Assembly (NCBI GenBank): GCA_040902005.1
Contig: JBBDYA010000006.1
Coordinates: forward strand, 1 to 45,043
Length of the DNA stretch: 45,043 nucleotides
Reading direction: 5' to 3'
Source of the DNA: Gemmatimonadaceae bacterium
Lineage (GTDB): Bacteria > Gemmatimonadota > Gemmatimonadetes > Gemmatimonadales > Gemmatimonadaceae
Below, piece after piece: positions 1 through 9,275 of the stretch. The number at the start of each line of letters is the position of its first letter. Positions within the stretch are counted from its first letter, which is position 1. The notes under the pieces were generated by a model. The model was not told the DNA's origin. It made no database searches and saw only the letters and a list, made by a program, of their open reading frames with translations. Position numbers and translations under genes: made by a program.

Positions 1-148
1 GGGGGCCGTTCGACAAGAAGCGCACGCTAGGTGGGTGCGGCGGCCCGCGCGAGGAGCGCGGGCCGCTTTGCTTTATTGCCGCGGTGAAACGCTGGCGCAC
101 GCGTCATTTTGGTGACGTCCTCGCACATCGCGCGCGTTATGCTGCCGC

Positions 149-1225
149 ATGATCGGCATTGCCCCCGACGAACGGCTTCTCACCCGCATGCGGCGGATCC
201 TGCGGATGCGGCACTACAGCCGACGGACCGAGGCCGTCTACCTGGGCTGGGTGCGGCGATATGTGGAGTATCATCGGATGCAGCATCCCCGCGGGCTTGC
301 GGAGCCTGAGGTGGCGGATTTTCTGACTTCGCTGGCGGTGGACGGCGCCGTGGGAGCGGGGACACAGAACCAGGCGCTGGCGGCGATCCTCTTTCTGTAC
401 CGTCACGTCCTCGGCATTCCCCTGTCGCTCGGGCGCCAGGTGGTGCACGCTCGGCGAACGCGGCGGCTTCCGGCGGTGCTGACCCGGGACGAGGTGTGGC
501 GCGTGCTGTCGCACCTCGATGGACCGACTCGCGTGGCCGCGCTGCTGATGTACGGGAGCGGGCTTCGGCTGATGGAGTGCCTTACGCTCCGTGTGAAGGA
601 CCTGGACTTTGCGGGTCAGGAGGTCACGGTCCGGGGCGGCAAGGGGAACAAGGATCGACGGACGATGATGCCCCGCAGCGTGGTGCCGGAGCTGGAGGCG
701 CAGCTGCGCCGGGCGCGGCGGTTATTCCAGCTGGATATGAAGGGTGGCGGCCCGGGCGTTCCCCTGCCGGACGCACTTGGCCGGAAGTATCCGAACGCGG
801 CGAGGGAATGGGGCTGGCAGTGGGTTTTTCCAGCGTCGCGCGTGTATCGGGACGCCGCTGGCGATCGCCATCGTCACCACATCCACGAGAGCGTGGTGCA
901 GCGGGCGGTGCACGAGGCCGTTCGGGACGCCGGGCTGACGAAGCGCGCGACCTGTCACACCTTCCGTCATTCCTTTGCGACCCACCTGCTGGACGCCGGG
1001 TACGACATCCGGACCGTGCAGGAGTTACTGGGTCATACGGACGTGCGAACGACGATGATCTACACGCATGTGCTGAACAAGGGCGGCCGAGGGGTGCGGA
1101 GTCCGGCGGACGTTGGGACAGATGCGACCCTTCCCGCATCTTCGCACGCAATGCCTTCAGGGGCACTGAGGCGCCAAGTTGGGGTGGTGCGGGGAGATAC
1201 GGACCCTGACCGGGGCGAATCTTAG
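149..1225 (+). CDS. intI: Integron integrase (tyrosine recombinase)
   Basis: Catalytic motifs GLR, GKGNKDR, HTFRH, LGH and TMIY. Carries the IntI-specific insertion [25 protein letters not shown] and the typical ending [17 protein letters not shown]. Confidence 0.97.
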   Translation: MIGIAPDERLLTRMRRILRMRHYSRRTEAVYLGWVRRYVEYHRMQHPRGLAEPEVADFLTSLAVDGAVGAGTQNQALAAILFLYRHVLGIPLSLGRQVVHARRTRRLPAVLTRDEVWRVLSHLDGPTRVAALLMYGSGLRLMECLTLRVKDLDFAGQEVTVRGGKGNKDRRTMMPRSVVPELEAQLRRARRLFQLDMKGGGPGVPLPDALGRKYPNAAREWGWQWVFPASRVYRDAAGDRHRHHIHESVVQRAVHEAVRDAGLTKRATCHTFRHSFATHLLDAGYDIRTVQELLGHTDVRTTMIYTHVLNKGGRGVRSPADVGTDATLPASSHAMPSGALRRQVGVVRGDTDPDRGES

Positions 1226-1270
1226 ACGAGGTTGCAGCACCGCTCTCGGCCATTCACATTCCTTCTTGAC

Positions 1271-1289
1271 GTTCTAATTGGCGTTAGGC
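1271..1289 (+). other. Putative attI recombination site
   Basis: GTTCTAATTGGC-GTTAGGC: a GTTRRRY core at 1283-1289 preceded by a CTAA L-box-like half. The core is the exact complement of R'' (GCCTAAC) in the downstream attC. Confidence 0.65.
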
Positions 1290-1432
1290 GTACGCTCGAA
1301 ACGCTTCAGAGGACAACCAGCGCTGCATCGGTGACCGGCATTCTCGGCGCTTTGCCCTTCGTGGTGGACGGATATGAGCTACTGCAGTACCTTCGCCGAC
1401 CGTCTGACGCAGTGCCCCTCTACGGCTAGTTG

Positions 1433-4105
1433 ATGGACGCCTTCGCCCGCGCATTGTCCAACCGCTACCGCCTCGAACGCGAGCTGGGGGTAGGCGGTAT
1501 GGCACATGTGTATCTGGCGCATGATCTCAGGCATAACCGCAAGGTCGCGTTGAAGGTTTTACGCCCTGAACTCGCGGCCAATGTCGGCGTGCAGCGGTTT
1601 CTCAACGAGATTAGGACCGCGGCCAACCTCCAGCATCCGAACATTCTTCCGCTGCATGATTCCGGTGAGGTGGATGGCGTCGCGTTTTACGTGATGCCTT
1701 TCGTCGCCGGAGAGTCCCTCCGCGGCCTTCTGCAGCGCGAGAGCCAACTATCGATTGAACAAGCCATTGGAATCGCGACGGACGTCGCGGGCGCACTCGA
1801 CTACGCGCATCGTCATGGCATCATCCATCGGGATATCAAACCCGAGAACATCCTTCTTCAGGACTCGCGAGCGATCGTGGCAGACTTCGGGATCGCGCTC
1901 GCGCTGTCGCATACCAGCGGCGAGCAACGCCTCACCGCGACCGGCCTTGCCCTTGGAACGCCGCAGTACATGGCGCCGGAGCAAGCAACCGCAACCCGTC
2001 AGATAACCTCGAAAGTCGACATTTACGCGCTTGGCTGCATCACATACGAGATGCTCATAGGCGAGCCACCGTTCGTCGGCGGCACGCCTCAAGCAATGAT
2101 CGCACGCATGCTGGCTGAGGATCCCCGATCGCTGGTGACCCAGCGTCGCACCGTTCCACCTCACGTCGAAGCGGCGGTGCTTCGCGCACTGGCCAAAGTG
2201 CCGGCCGACCGCTTCTCGGATGCAGCAGAGTTTGCACGAGCATTGACGACGCCTCCTCACGCGCTTTCACCAGTCCAGGCGCTGCGACGCTGGTTCACGT
2301 CTACGCGCATTGTAATTGCCGCTGGCGCTTTGGCCACGGTTGGCCTGGTGAACGCGTCGCTGCGCGACTCGCCCGACTCGGGACCTACCAGGTACACGTT
2401 GGCGCTGCCGCCGTCGCAGACACCCGACGTGGACTTTCCGATGAGGGTGTCTCCAGATGGATTTTATCTTCTGTTTGCCGCACGCGCTGCACCGGTCACA
2501 CCGCCGCAGCTTTGGATCAAGGCGCGTGATCGCTTTGATGCCCGGCCTCTCGCGGGCACGAGTGGAGCCGGCAGCTTCACGTTTTCGCCTGACGGAAGGT
2601 CCATTGCGTTCGTCCAGGATCGCCTTGTGAAGCAGCTCTCGCTTCGGGGTGGCCCGCCGGTCGTCGTTGGAGATTCTGCCGCCCCTTTTCAGTGGCTTGG
2701 CATTGCCTGGCTCGACGACGGGAGCATCGTGTACGTCCACGAGGACAATCAGCAGCTCCGCCGGATTACGGCGGCGGGAGTCCGAACGAAGGTCTTCCAA
2801 TCGGATTCGGGATTTCTGACTCACCTGGTCCCCCTTCCAAACGCGCGCGGTGTGCTCTTCGTTCGATGCCACGGATCGACCTGCGAGAACGAACAGGATC
2901 TATGGGTCGTTCGACTGTCTGATGGTGCCGCGTCGCGCCTCGAGAAGGAAGTCGCTCGCGCTGTCTACGCGCCCACGGGCCACTTGCTGATGTTGCGACG
3001 TGACGGCGTCGTTCAGGCTGCCGCTTTCGATCTGCGCCGTCTCACCATGTCGAACACGCCCGTCTCTGTTCTCGACTCAGTCCACGTTCGCGGAGCGCGA
3101 GCCGCGTTCGACATCTCCGCGTCAGGCACCCTCATCACACGCCGCGGTCCTTCGACCTTCGCGCCGCAATTCCAGATGGTGTGGATCGATCGGTCCGGTC
3201 GCGAGTTGCCCGTCGACACCGGCTGGACCTTCCGGTTCAGCAGTTTCAGTCCCGGGGCGTCGGAAGGCGGCTGGTCGCTTTCGCCCGATGGCCGTCGCCT
3301 CGCCGTTGGGCTGCGGACTTCATCTGGCGATGACCTCTGGATCAAAGAGCTGCCGGACGGGCCGCTCTCCCGCGTGACATTCAGCCAGCGCCCCCATTTT
3401 CGTCCGCGGTGGGCGCCGGATGGGCGATCACTCACCTTCATCTCGCTGGCGAACGGACGGATGGCGGCATTCGAGGTGTCTGCGGACGGATCAGGCGACG
3501 AACGTGTGATTCTCGAACACGATCGGCATGTTGCGGAGTTCGGTATTTCGAATGATGCGCGCTGGATCGTCGCTCGAGTCGGTTTCGGCGGCAACGAATT
3601 CAATCGCGACATTGTTGCCAAACCGCGAAACAGCCCCGACACCGTCAGGGAACTGATCGCAACGCCGTTCGTCGAAACCGCCTTCTCTTTGTCCCCAGAC
3701 GGCCGGTGGATTGCATATCAGTCCAACGAGACGGGAAGGTTGGAGGTATACGTCCGCTCGTTCCCGGAAGCGGGAAGGATCAAACGGCAAGTATCTGTCA
3801 CCGGCGGCTATTCTCCTCTTTGGTCACGCGACGGTCGGGAACTGTTCTACATGACCAGTGCCGGGAACATGACGGCCGTTCAGATCCTCGATCGCGGCAC
3901 AATCGGCGACAAGAAGCCGCTATTCGACCGCGGGTCTGCTCTCTATGGTGGTCCCAGTGATGCCTACACGCCTTGGGATATTTCCCTCGATGGGCAACGT
4001 TTCATTATGGCGAAGAGAGTCCTGAGTGCGAACTCGGTCGCCGGCCCGGTGCTGGTTGTTGACAATTGGTTCGGCGAGTTGCGCAGATTCGTCGACTCTC
4101 GCTGA
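1433..4105 (+). CDS. Hanks-type Ser/Thr protein kinase with hydrophobic segment and TolB/PD40-like beta-propeller domains (integron cassette 1)
   Basis: LGVGGMA, VALK, HRDIKPEN, DFG and GTPQYMAPE kinase motifs; repeated SPDG propeller motifs in the C-terminal part. Confidence 0.93.
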   Translation: MDAFARALSNRYRLERELGVGGMAHVYLAHDLRHNRKVALKVLRPELAANVGVQRFLNEIRTAANLQHPNILPLHDSGEVDGVAFYVMPFVAGESLRGLLQRESQLSIEQAIGIATDVAGALDYAHRHGIIHRDIKPENILLQDSRAIVADFGIALALSHTSGEQRLTATGLALGTPQYMAPEQATATRQITSKVDIYALGCITYEMLIGEPPFVGGTPQAMIARMLAEDPRSLVTQRRTVPPHVEAAVLRALAKVPADRFSDAAEFARALTTPPHALSPVQALRRWFTSTRIVIAAGALATVGLVNASLRDSPDSGPTRYTLALPPSQTPDVDFPMRVSPDGFYLLFAARAAPVTPPQLWIKARDRFDARPLAGTSGAGSFTFSPDGRSIAFVQDRLVKQLSLRGGPPVVVGDSAAPFQWLGIAWLDDGSIVYVHEDNQQLRRITAAGVRTKVFQSDSGFLTHLVPLPNARGVLFVRCHGSTCENEQDLWVVRLSDGAASRLEKEVARAVYAPTGHLLMLRRDGVVQAAAFDLRRLTMSNTPVSVLDSVHVRGARAAFDISASGTLITRRGPSTFAPQFQMVWIDRSGRELPVDTGWTFRFSSFSPGASEGGWSLSPDGRRLAVGLRTSSGDDLWIKELPDGPLSRVTFSQRPHFRPRWAPDGRSLTFISLANGRMAAFEVSADGSGDERVILEHDRHVAEFGISNDARWIVARVGFGGNEFNRDIVAKPRNSPDTVRELIATPFVETAFSLSPDGRWIAYQSNETGRLEVYVRSFPEAGRIKRQVSVTGGYSPLWSRDGRELFYMTSAGNMTAVQILDRGTIGDKKPLFDRGSALYGGPSDAYTPWDISLDGQRFIMAKRVLSANSVAGPVLVVDNWFGELRRFVDSR

Positions 4106-4130
4106 AATCTCGCCGCTAGTGAATTGAGAC

Positions 4131-4241
4131 GCCTAACGGGGAGTTGCACCTGACCGGCGCTCTGTGGCGGCGGCTCGCTCGCGGACCTCGCGAGCCGCAT
4201 TTTGTTGGAAGCGCCGGCAGGTGAACTCCGGCGCGTTAGGC
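4131..4241 (+). other. attC site (111 bp)
   Basis: R'' GCCTAAC 4131-4137, L'' GTTGCACC, L' GGTGAAC, R' GTTAGGC 4235-4241. The arms pair with unmatched bases (GTT[G]CACC, TG[A]CCGGCGC) around an inner GCGGCTCGC/GCGAGCCGC stem. Confidence 0.93.
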
Positions 4242-4269
4242 TGACTACAGGGTTGTCATGGAGGGAGCC

Positions 4270-4682
4270 ATGTCTCTTATCCCCTACCTCTATTACGAAG
4301 ACGTGGGCCGGGCGAGGACATTCCTGTCCAAGGCGTTCGGCTTTCGATCATTCGGCGCCAGTACACGCAACAAGGAGGGCCAGCTGAATCACGCTGGCAT
4401 GCGCCTTGGGAGCAGTGTGGTCATGATGGGCTGCCCAACAACCGCCTACCGCAATCCAAAGACTCTCGGGCAGGCGACACAGTGTCTTGTGATGACCGTG
4501 CGCAACGGTATTGACAACCACTTTCGCCGCGCCGTAACGGCCGGTGCTCGTATTTTGCAGGAGCCTGCGGACAATCCGTTCGGCACGCGCCGGTATGGTG
4601 TTGCCGATCCCGAAGGGCACGAGTGGTACTTCTCGCAACGCATCGGTCGCAAGCCACCCGCAAGGCGCAAGCGACCGGCGCG
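4270..4682 (+). CDS. VOC/glyoxalase-bleomycin resistance family protein (cassette 2); native 3' end probably disrupted, ORF reads on to 4962
   Basis: GGAGGGAG RBS directly after attC. Motifs LIPYLYYED, AFGF, PADNPFGTRRYGVADPEGHEWYF. Confidence 0.85.
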
Positions 4683-4734
4683 TGAACAGTCGGGAACATC
4701 GGTAACACTTCAGTCTAAGGACATCGGTAACACT
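4683..4734. mobile_element. Probable IS481-family terminal remnant
   Basis: Starts TGAACAGTCGGG and carries two direct copies of ACATCGGTAACACT (4696-4709, 4721-4734), resembling the repeated transposase-binding motifs of IS481-type ends. No transposase is present. Confidence 0.55.
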
Positions 4735-4747
4735 GGCCGGGAGCGCA

Positions 4748-5287
4748 CTAGCCTCCGAACGATATGTCCGCCCCGGACGCAGGTGGTTCGTTCGCTGCCG
4801 CCTCGCGCGACGCCGCCCGGAACAGTGGCGCCACCGCCATCGGCGTCCGACGCTCCGCCGGTGCCCGCTTCACGTCGAAGTGCTTTGACGTCACGAAGTA
4901 CCGCGCGCCGACACGGCGGCACGCCACGAACTGGATCGCGTCCTCAAAGTCCACGTCACTGAAGTACAGGGCCGACAGGTAGTCCATGTTGTCCAGCGGC
5001 GCCACGCGCACGAGTCGCAGGAGGTCTTGCACCACCCCGAACGAAACGGCGGAGCGCGGACGAGAGTCCGACAGGTGGTAGAGCAGCGGTACCGTGAGCG
5101 GTGAAATCCAGGCCGGAACACGCATGGTGCCGCTCTCGACGTCCGCCGCGATCGCCTCGAACAGCTCCTCTGCGCCGTTGCCGCGCCTGCCCCCGATTCC
5201 CACGAGATCCATGATCACGTCCGCGCCCACCACGATGGGCGTCGGCGTGATTTGATAGTCGGCGCGAGGTGGACGCCTAATACGCAT
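4748..5287 (-). CDS. PIN-domain (VapC-like) toxin, divergent
   Basis: VVGADVIMDL, WISPLT and DFEDAIQFVAC..ARYFVT motifs. The start overlaps the antitoxin stop. Confidence 0.75.
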   Translation of the reverse strand: MRIRRPPRADYQITPTPIVVGADVIMDLVGIGGRRGNGAEELFEAIAADVESGTMRVPAWISPLTVPLLYHLSDSRPRSAVSFGVVQDLLRLVRVAPLDNMDYLSALYFSDVDFEDAIQFVACRRVGARYFVTSKHFDVKRAPAERRTPMAVAPLFRAASREAAANEPPASGADISFGG

Positions 5288-5552
5288 TGCCGCGATCCTC
5301 GAGTCGCCTGCGATGCCGGCTGACGTAGGCCGCAAACGCGTCTGATCCGTCGATCATTCCATCGTGCCGCGCCCTGTGCAGGCGCGCCACGAGCGGCGAC
5401 CTGAGCCTCATCACGGCTCCCTCCCTGGGCAGGGTACCGAGAAAGTCCTCGACCAGTTGGGACAGGTTCGTCCCGGCCATCTCGCAGAACCGTTCGGCGC
5501 GCTCCACCACCGCAGGCGCGAGGAAGAGGTTCTTCGCCCGCCGGCGTGCCAT
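5277..5552 (-). CDS. Putative antitoxin (RHH-like, DUF6364-like)
   Basis: 91 aa with KNLFL...AERFC...NLSQLVEDFL, directly upstream of and overlapping the PIN gene. Confidence 0.72.
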   Translation of the reverse strand: MARRRAKNLFLAPAVVERAERFCEMAGTNLSQLVEDFLGTLPREGAVMRLRSPLVARLHRARHDGMIDGSDAFAAYVSRHRRRLEDRGNAY

Positions 5553-5876
5553 GTGTCCTCCATTTCATGCGCACGCCCAACATATGACCATACGCATTGG
5601 CCGCAAGTGGGGGGCCTGGTGACTGTCGCCTGGAGTGGCCGTAACTGCCTGAGTAACTGCGTGTTGCGCGCAGCGAAGGCCCGCTCAGCCAAAACCGAAC
5701 AAGACCTGAATTAGTCATTTTTGCGGATATAGACGCTGATATGGGTAGAGGGGACTCGACACGACACGCAGGAAGCGCGGCTGCGCGGGCCACCATCATT
5801 GCCGGCTTCTCCAGCGAATTGCTTAGTAGGGACCACACACATCGCAATGAGGTTGCACGGAATTCCGGCACCGCAA

Positions 5877-6296
5877 CCGGAATCGCTTCCCCGGAGCCGG
5901 GAATCGTTTCACCAGGAGAGCGAATCGTTTCACCAGGAGAGCGAATCGAATGGAATGTTGAGAACGTCGGCGCACCAGAGTTCGGAATCGTTTCCCCACA
6001 TCCGGGAATCGATTCCCGAGACTCCGGAACGCCTTCACCACACACCGAAATGCAGTTCGCAGCACCCGGAATCGTTTCCGCGGCGCACGGAATCGGTTCC
6101 GGACGACCCGACGCCGGGTCACCACGCGTCAGAACGCGCGCATTCAGACGCGGATGGCAGAGCGGCAACATCGAAATCCGCCTCGTTGGCCACGGCACGG
6201 GTTCCGACACGCCGACAACCGACTCAGGACACTCCGGAGTGCACGCCGGACAATCCGGAATCGGTTCACCAGGGAAGGAAATCCACATTTCACACT
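5877..6296. repeat. Degenerate tandem array, about 20 x 21 bp, with internal dyad (consensus near CCGGAATCGNTTCNCC)
   Basis: Unit starts at 5877, 5898, 5919, 5940, 6003 ... 6255, 6276 are all in exact 21-bp phase. Perfect palindrome CGGGAATCGATTCCCG at 6003-6018. Confidence 0.85.
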
Positions 6297-6311
6297 CGAG
6301 AGGAGGGAGTC

Positions 6312-6995
6312 ATGAACCGGGAAGGACGCAGTACGCTGAGTGCGCTTCAGCGCGTGCAGGAATTTCTCAGGCAGCATCCGACGCTCAGCGCGCCGGAGTT
6401 GGGTGAGCAGGTGCAGGAGCTGGACGAGGTCGTCCGGCAGTTGCTCGCCGAGTCGGTGGACCAGGCCAGGGGGATGCGCTTCGCTAGCGCGCAGGTGAAG
6501 TCGACGGAGATGGTCCGGCAGGCGCTGTATCTCGACCACATGAAGCCGTTGGCGCAGGTGGCTCGCGAGATCTTCAGCGGGTCGGGGTTGGACCGCGCCT
6601 TTCGGCTGACACAACCGCCGACGTCCGAACAGGCGCTGCTCGCGGCCGCGGGCGCAATGGTCGTGGCGGCGGAACAACAGAAGGACGCATTTCTCCGGCG
6701 CGGCTTGCCGGCGGGCTTCATCGAGCAGCTGGAGGCCGCGGCGACCGCCGTCGCGGAGGTGCAAAGGGCCAAGGTGGAGTATCGGCGGCAGCACATCGCC
6801 GCCACGGCCGCGGTGAAGCGGCTGCTCCGTCATGGGCTTCGGGCAGTGCGTCTCCTGAACGCAATCCTGTCGCCGAGGCTGGCGAAGGATCCGGTGTTGC
6901 TGGCCGCGTGGAGAAGCGCCAAGCGCGTTCGGCCGACGTCGGCCGCCGGCGATGGTGAGGGCGCGACGACGCCGGTGCTGGAGAAAGTGGCGTAG
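6312..6995 (+). CDS. Uncharacterised alpha-helical protein (227 aa)
   Basis: Strong RBS GAGGAGGGAG before ATG 6312; GC3-rich codon usage; amphipathic helical sequence. Confidence 0.8.
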   Translation: MNREGRSTLSALQRVQEFLRQHPTLSAPELGEQVQELDEVVRQLLAESVDQARGMRFASAQVKSTEMVRQALYLDHMKPLAQVAREIFSGSGLDRAFRLTQPPTSEQALLAAAGAMVVAAEQQKDAFLRRGLPAGFIEQLEAAATAVAEVQRAKVEYRRQHIAATAAVKRLLRHGLRAVRLLNAILSPRLAKDPVLLAAWRSAKRVRPTSAAGDGEGATTPVLEKVA

Positions 6996-7003
6996 ACGCA
7001 CGT

Positions 7004-7048
7004 GGCAGGACGCTGCCCGGTGCCGATGCTGGCGCCGGGCAGCTTGCC
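7004..7048 (+). terminator. GC-rich hairpin after the helical-protein gene
   Basis: GCTGCCCGGTGCC pairs with GGCGCCGGGCAGC, with flanking GGCAG/TTGCC. No clear U-tract. Confidence 0.45.
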
Positions 7049-7163
7049 TCTCGTCCTACTTCCGAACCGGAGGTCGCCCGGTTGCCTGCTGCTGACGGGC
7101 GGTCTATGATAGGCGCGCGCTGCACGCGCGCCCGCCCGGTCGCCGACCTCAGCTGAGACACAC

Positions 7164-7730
7164 ATGAAACGCGCACCTGCCCTGAAAGCCGCCGAGCAGA
7201 AGAAGCTGCTCGCCACGCTGCAGGCGCGCTTCGGGAAGCACCCGAAGCGTCACGAGGGTCTCGACTGGGCGAGCGTCCAGAAACGGCTCGATTCCAACGC
7301 CGACGCGCTGTGGTCACTGAACGAAATGGAGCGCACCGGCGGAGAACCGGACGTCGTGGGCCGCGACGCGAAGGAGGGGGGGCAGTACGTGTTCATGGAC
7401 TGTTCAGCGGAAAGCCCGTCGGGCCGGAGAAGTCTCTGTTACGATCCCGAGGCGCTGAAGGCGAGGAAGGAAGCAAAGCCAAAGGACAGCGCCGTCGGCA
7501 TGGCCGCCGACATGGGCATCGAGCTGCTGACGGAAGCCGAGTATCGCGAGCTGCAGACGTTCGGGCCATTCGACACGAAGACCTCCAGCTGGCTCGCGTC
7601 ACCGTCAGACATTCGCAAGCTCGGCGGCGCGATCTTCGGCGATTACCGGTATGGTCAGGTCTTCGTGTATCACAACGGCGCGCAGTCCTACTATGCAGGG
7701 CGGGCGTTCCGGGGTTCGCTGAAAGCCTGA
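7164..7730 (+). CDS. DUF4256 family protein
   Basis: LWSLNEMERTGGEPDVVG, RRSLCYD, DTKTSSW and VYHNGAQSYY motifs. Confidence 0.88.
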   Translation: MKRAPALKAAEQKKLLATLQARFGKHPKRHEGLDWASVQKRLDSNADALWSLNEMERTGGEPDVVGRDAKEGGQYVFMDCSAESPSGRRSLCYDPEALKARKEAKPKDSAVGMAADMGIELLTEAEYRELQTFGPFDTKTSSWLASPSDIRKLGGAIFGDYRYGQVFVYHNGAQSYYAGRAFRGSLKA

Positions 7731-7755
7731 GTGCCTACTCACGCGGAGACGACAG

Positions 7756-8157
7756 ATGAAGCAGCGCGCCAGTGCCCGGTTCGCCATCACGAGCTGGGAT
7801 GAACAACCCTATAGCGAGGGCCAGGACCTGCCCAAGCTCACTCGAGCCAGCGTTACCAGGACTTATACCGGTGATATCGAGGGGGACGGGCAAGTCGAGT
7901 ACCTCATGATGTATCGCAGCAACGGCTCGGCTACCTTCGTCGGACTCGAGCGGATCGGCGGCCGGATTGCCGGCAAGACCGGCAGCTTCGTACTGCAACG
8001 CACGGGCGCCTTTGAAGACGGGCAGGCAAAGGAGTCCTATTCCGTGATCCCGGGGTCCGCCACTGGAGAACTGACCGGCCTGTTGGGGGACGGCACCTCC
8101 GCCGTCGGGCACGGCCTGGAGCATCCTTTCGCCCTGAACTACGAGCTGGCACAGTAG
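7756..8157 (+). CDS. DUF3224 family protein
   Basis: FAITSWDE, YTGDIEG, GSFVLQ and PGSATGELTGL motifs. Confidence 0.85.
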   Translation: MKQRASARFAITSWDEQPYSEGQDLPKLTRASVTRTYTGDIEGDGQVEYLMMYRSNGSATFVGLERIGGRIAGKTGSFVLQRTGAFEDGQAKESYSVIPGSATGELTGLLGDGTSAVGHGLEHPFALNYELAQ

Positions 8158-8202
8158 CTGCGAGCTCGCTCGACCATCCTCCCTCTTTTTCCAAGGCACC
8201 CC

Positions 8203-8988
8203 GTGCACCCGGTCAGCGATCGGCTTCTCACGCGCCTGGCGAGGCTCGCGTGCGCGTTTGCGCTCCTCCTCCTCGCTCCGCTCAGCCTGCTCTCGGCGCA
8301 AGCGCCGGCGACGCCCCCGGCAGCCGCGGCTCCGGCTCCGAAGCTCAAAGTCCAGTTGGAGCTTGGATTCCAGATGAGCATGACGAACAGTTACGCGATC
8401 GGGAACGTGGACCAGTGGTTCGAAGAGATCACCACCCCGGGCGAGGGACTCACTGACACGGCGCCCGGCTTCAATCAGATCGATGTGCGGCTCCTCCTCG
8501 GCACCGACGGCTCCCCATTTCGTATCGGAGTCGGGTTCGGCGGCTACCTCGGTTCGCCGCGCGCCCTCAATGGCCAATCGGCCGCTGCGCAAACACAATT
8601 CCACGCCACGCCGAGCATCGTCTTCCTTGCCCTCCCCATCCAGTTGCGCCTTGGCCCAGTCTCGTCCTCGACCTACGTGGCCCTGGAACCGGCGATGGGC
8701 ATCGGGTTCGTGAAGGAGGGCTCCCTCTCGATTTCGACCTCGACACGCCACACGCTCGCGCCGATGCCGACGTTCGGCTACCAGCTCGGCGCCGGTGTCG
8801 AGCACTATCTCGGGCGCGTGGCGATCCTCGGTCGAGTGGGATATCGCCTCCAGAAAATCGGGGCGGGGTACACCGACTCTTCAGGTGACGTGCTGCAGTA
8901 CCTTGTGCCGAGTACCGATGAGCTCGTGATGATGGACCTGTCGGGGGCCTATGCCACCCTTGGTGTGGTCCTGGTCCTCGCCCGCTGA
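8203..8988 (+). CDS. Secreted, probable outer-membrane beta-barrel hypothetical protein
   Basis: Signal peptide ending LSAQA; alternating amphipathic beta strands. Confidence 0.65.
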   Translation: MHPVSDRLLTRLARLACAFALLLLAPLSLLSAQAPATPPAAAAPAPKLKVQLELGFQMSMTNSYAIGNVDQWFEEITTPGEGLTDTAPGFNQIDVRLLLGTDGSPFRIGVGFGGYLGSPRALNGQSAAAQTQFHATPSIVFLALPIQLRLGPVSSSTYVALEPAMGIGFVKEGSLSISTSTRHTLAPMPTFGYQLGAGVEHYLGRVAILGRVGYRLQKIGAGYTDSSGDVLQYLVPSTDELVMMDLSGAYATLGVVLVLAR

Positions 8989-9275
8989 GTCAATGGCGGC
9001 ACGCCTGGTTTCAGGCTCATCGCCTCGACAACCAGGCGGGCGGATCGCAGGGACACCGGCTTGCCCCGTGAGGGAAGCGCCTCGCGGCAAGCCGCAAGAA
9101 GTCCAGCACAAGATCCGCTACGGCGCGCCGGGGGCGGGGATGAAGCCCACACACCCCTCACGCTCGCCGAGATGAAGCATCTCTACAAGTACCTCGCCGA
9201 CTCAGTCGCGATGCCCCGCCAGGACCACGTAGCACATTGGTGGAGAGATGAGCTTTACCCAGGCGACGGGATGGC

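Noticed and set aside
5275..5281. GCCTAAT as a further attC R'' box
   Set aside because: It lacks the invariant AAC, has no matching hairpin or R', and lies inside the toxin-antitoxin overlap.
5877..6296. CRISPR array
   Set aside because: Units are contiguous degenerate 21-mers without unique spacers, and no cas genes are present.
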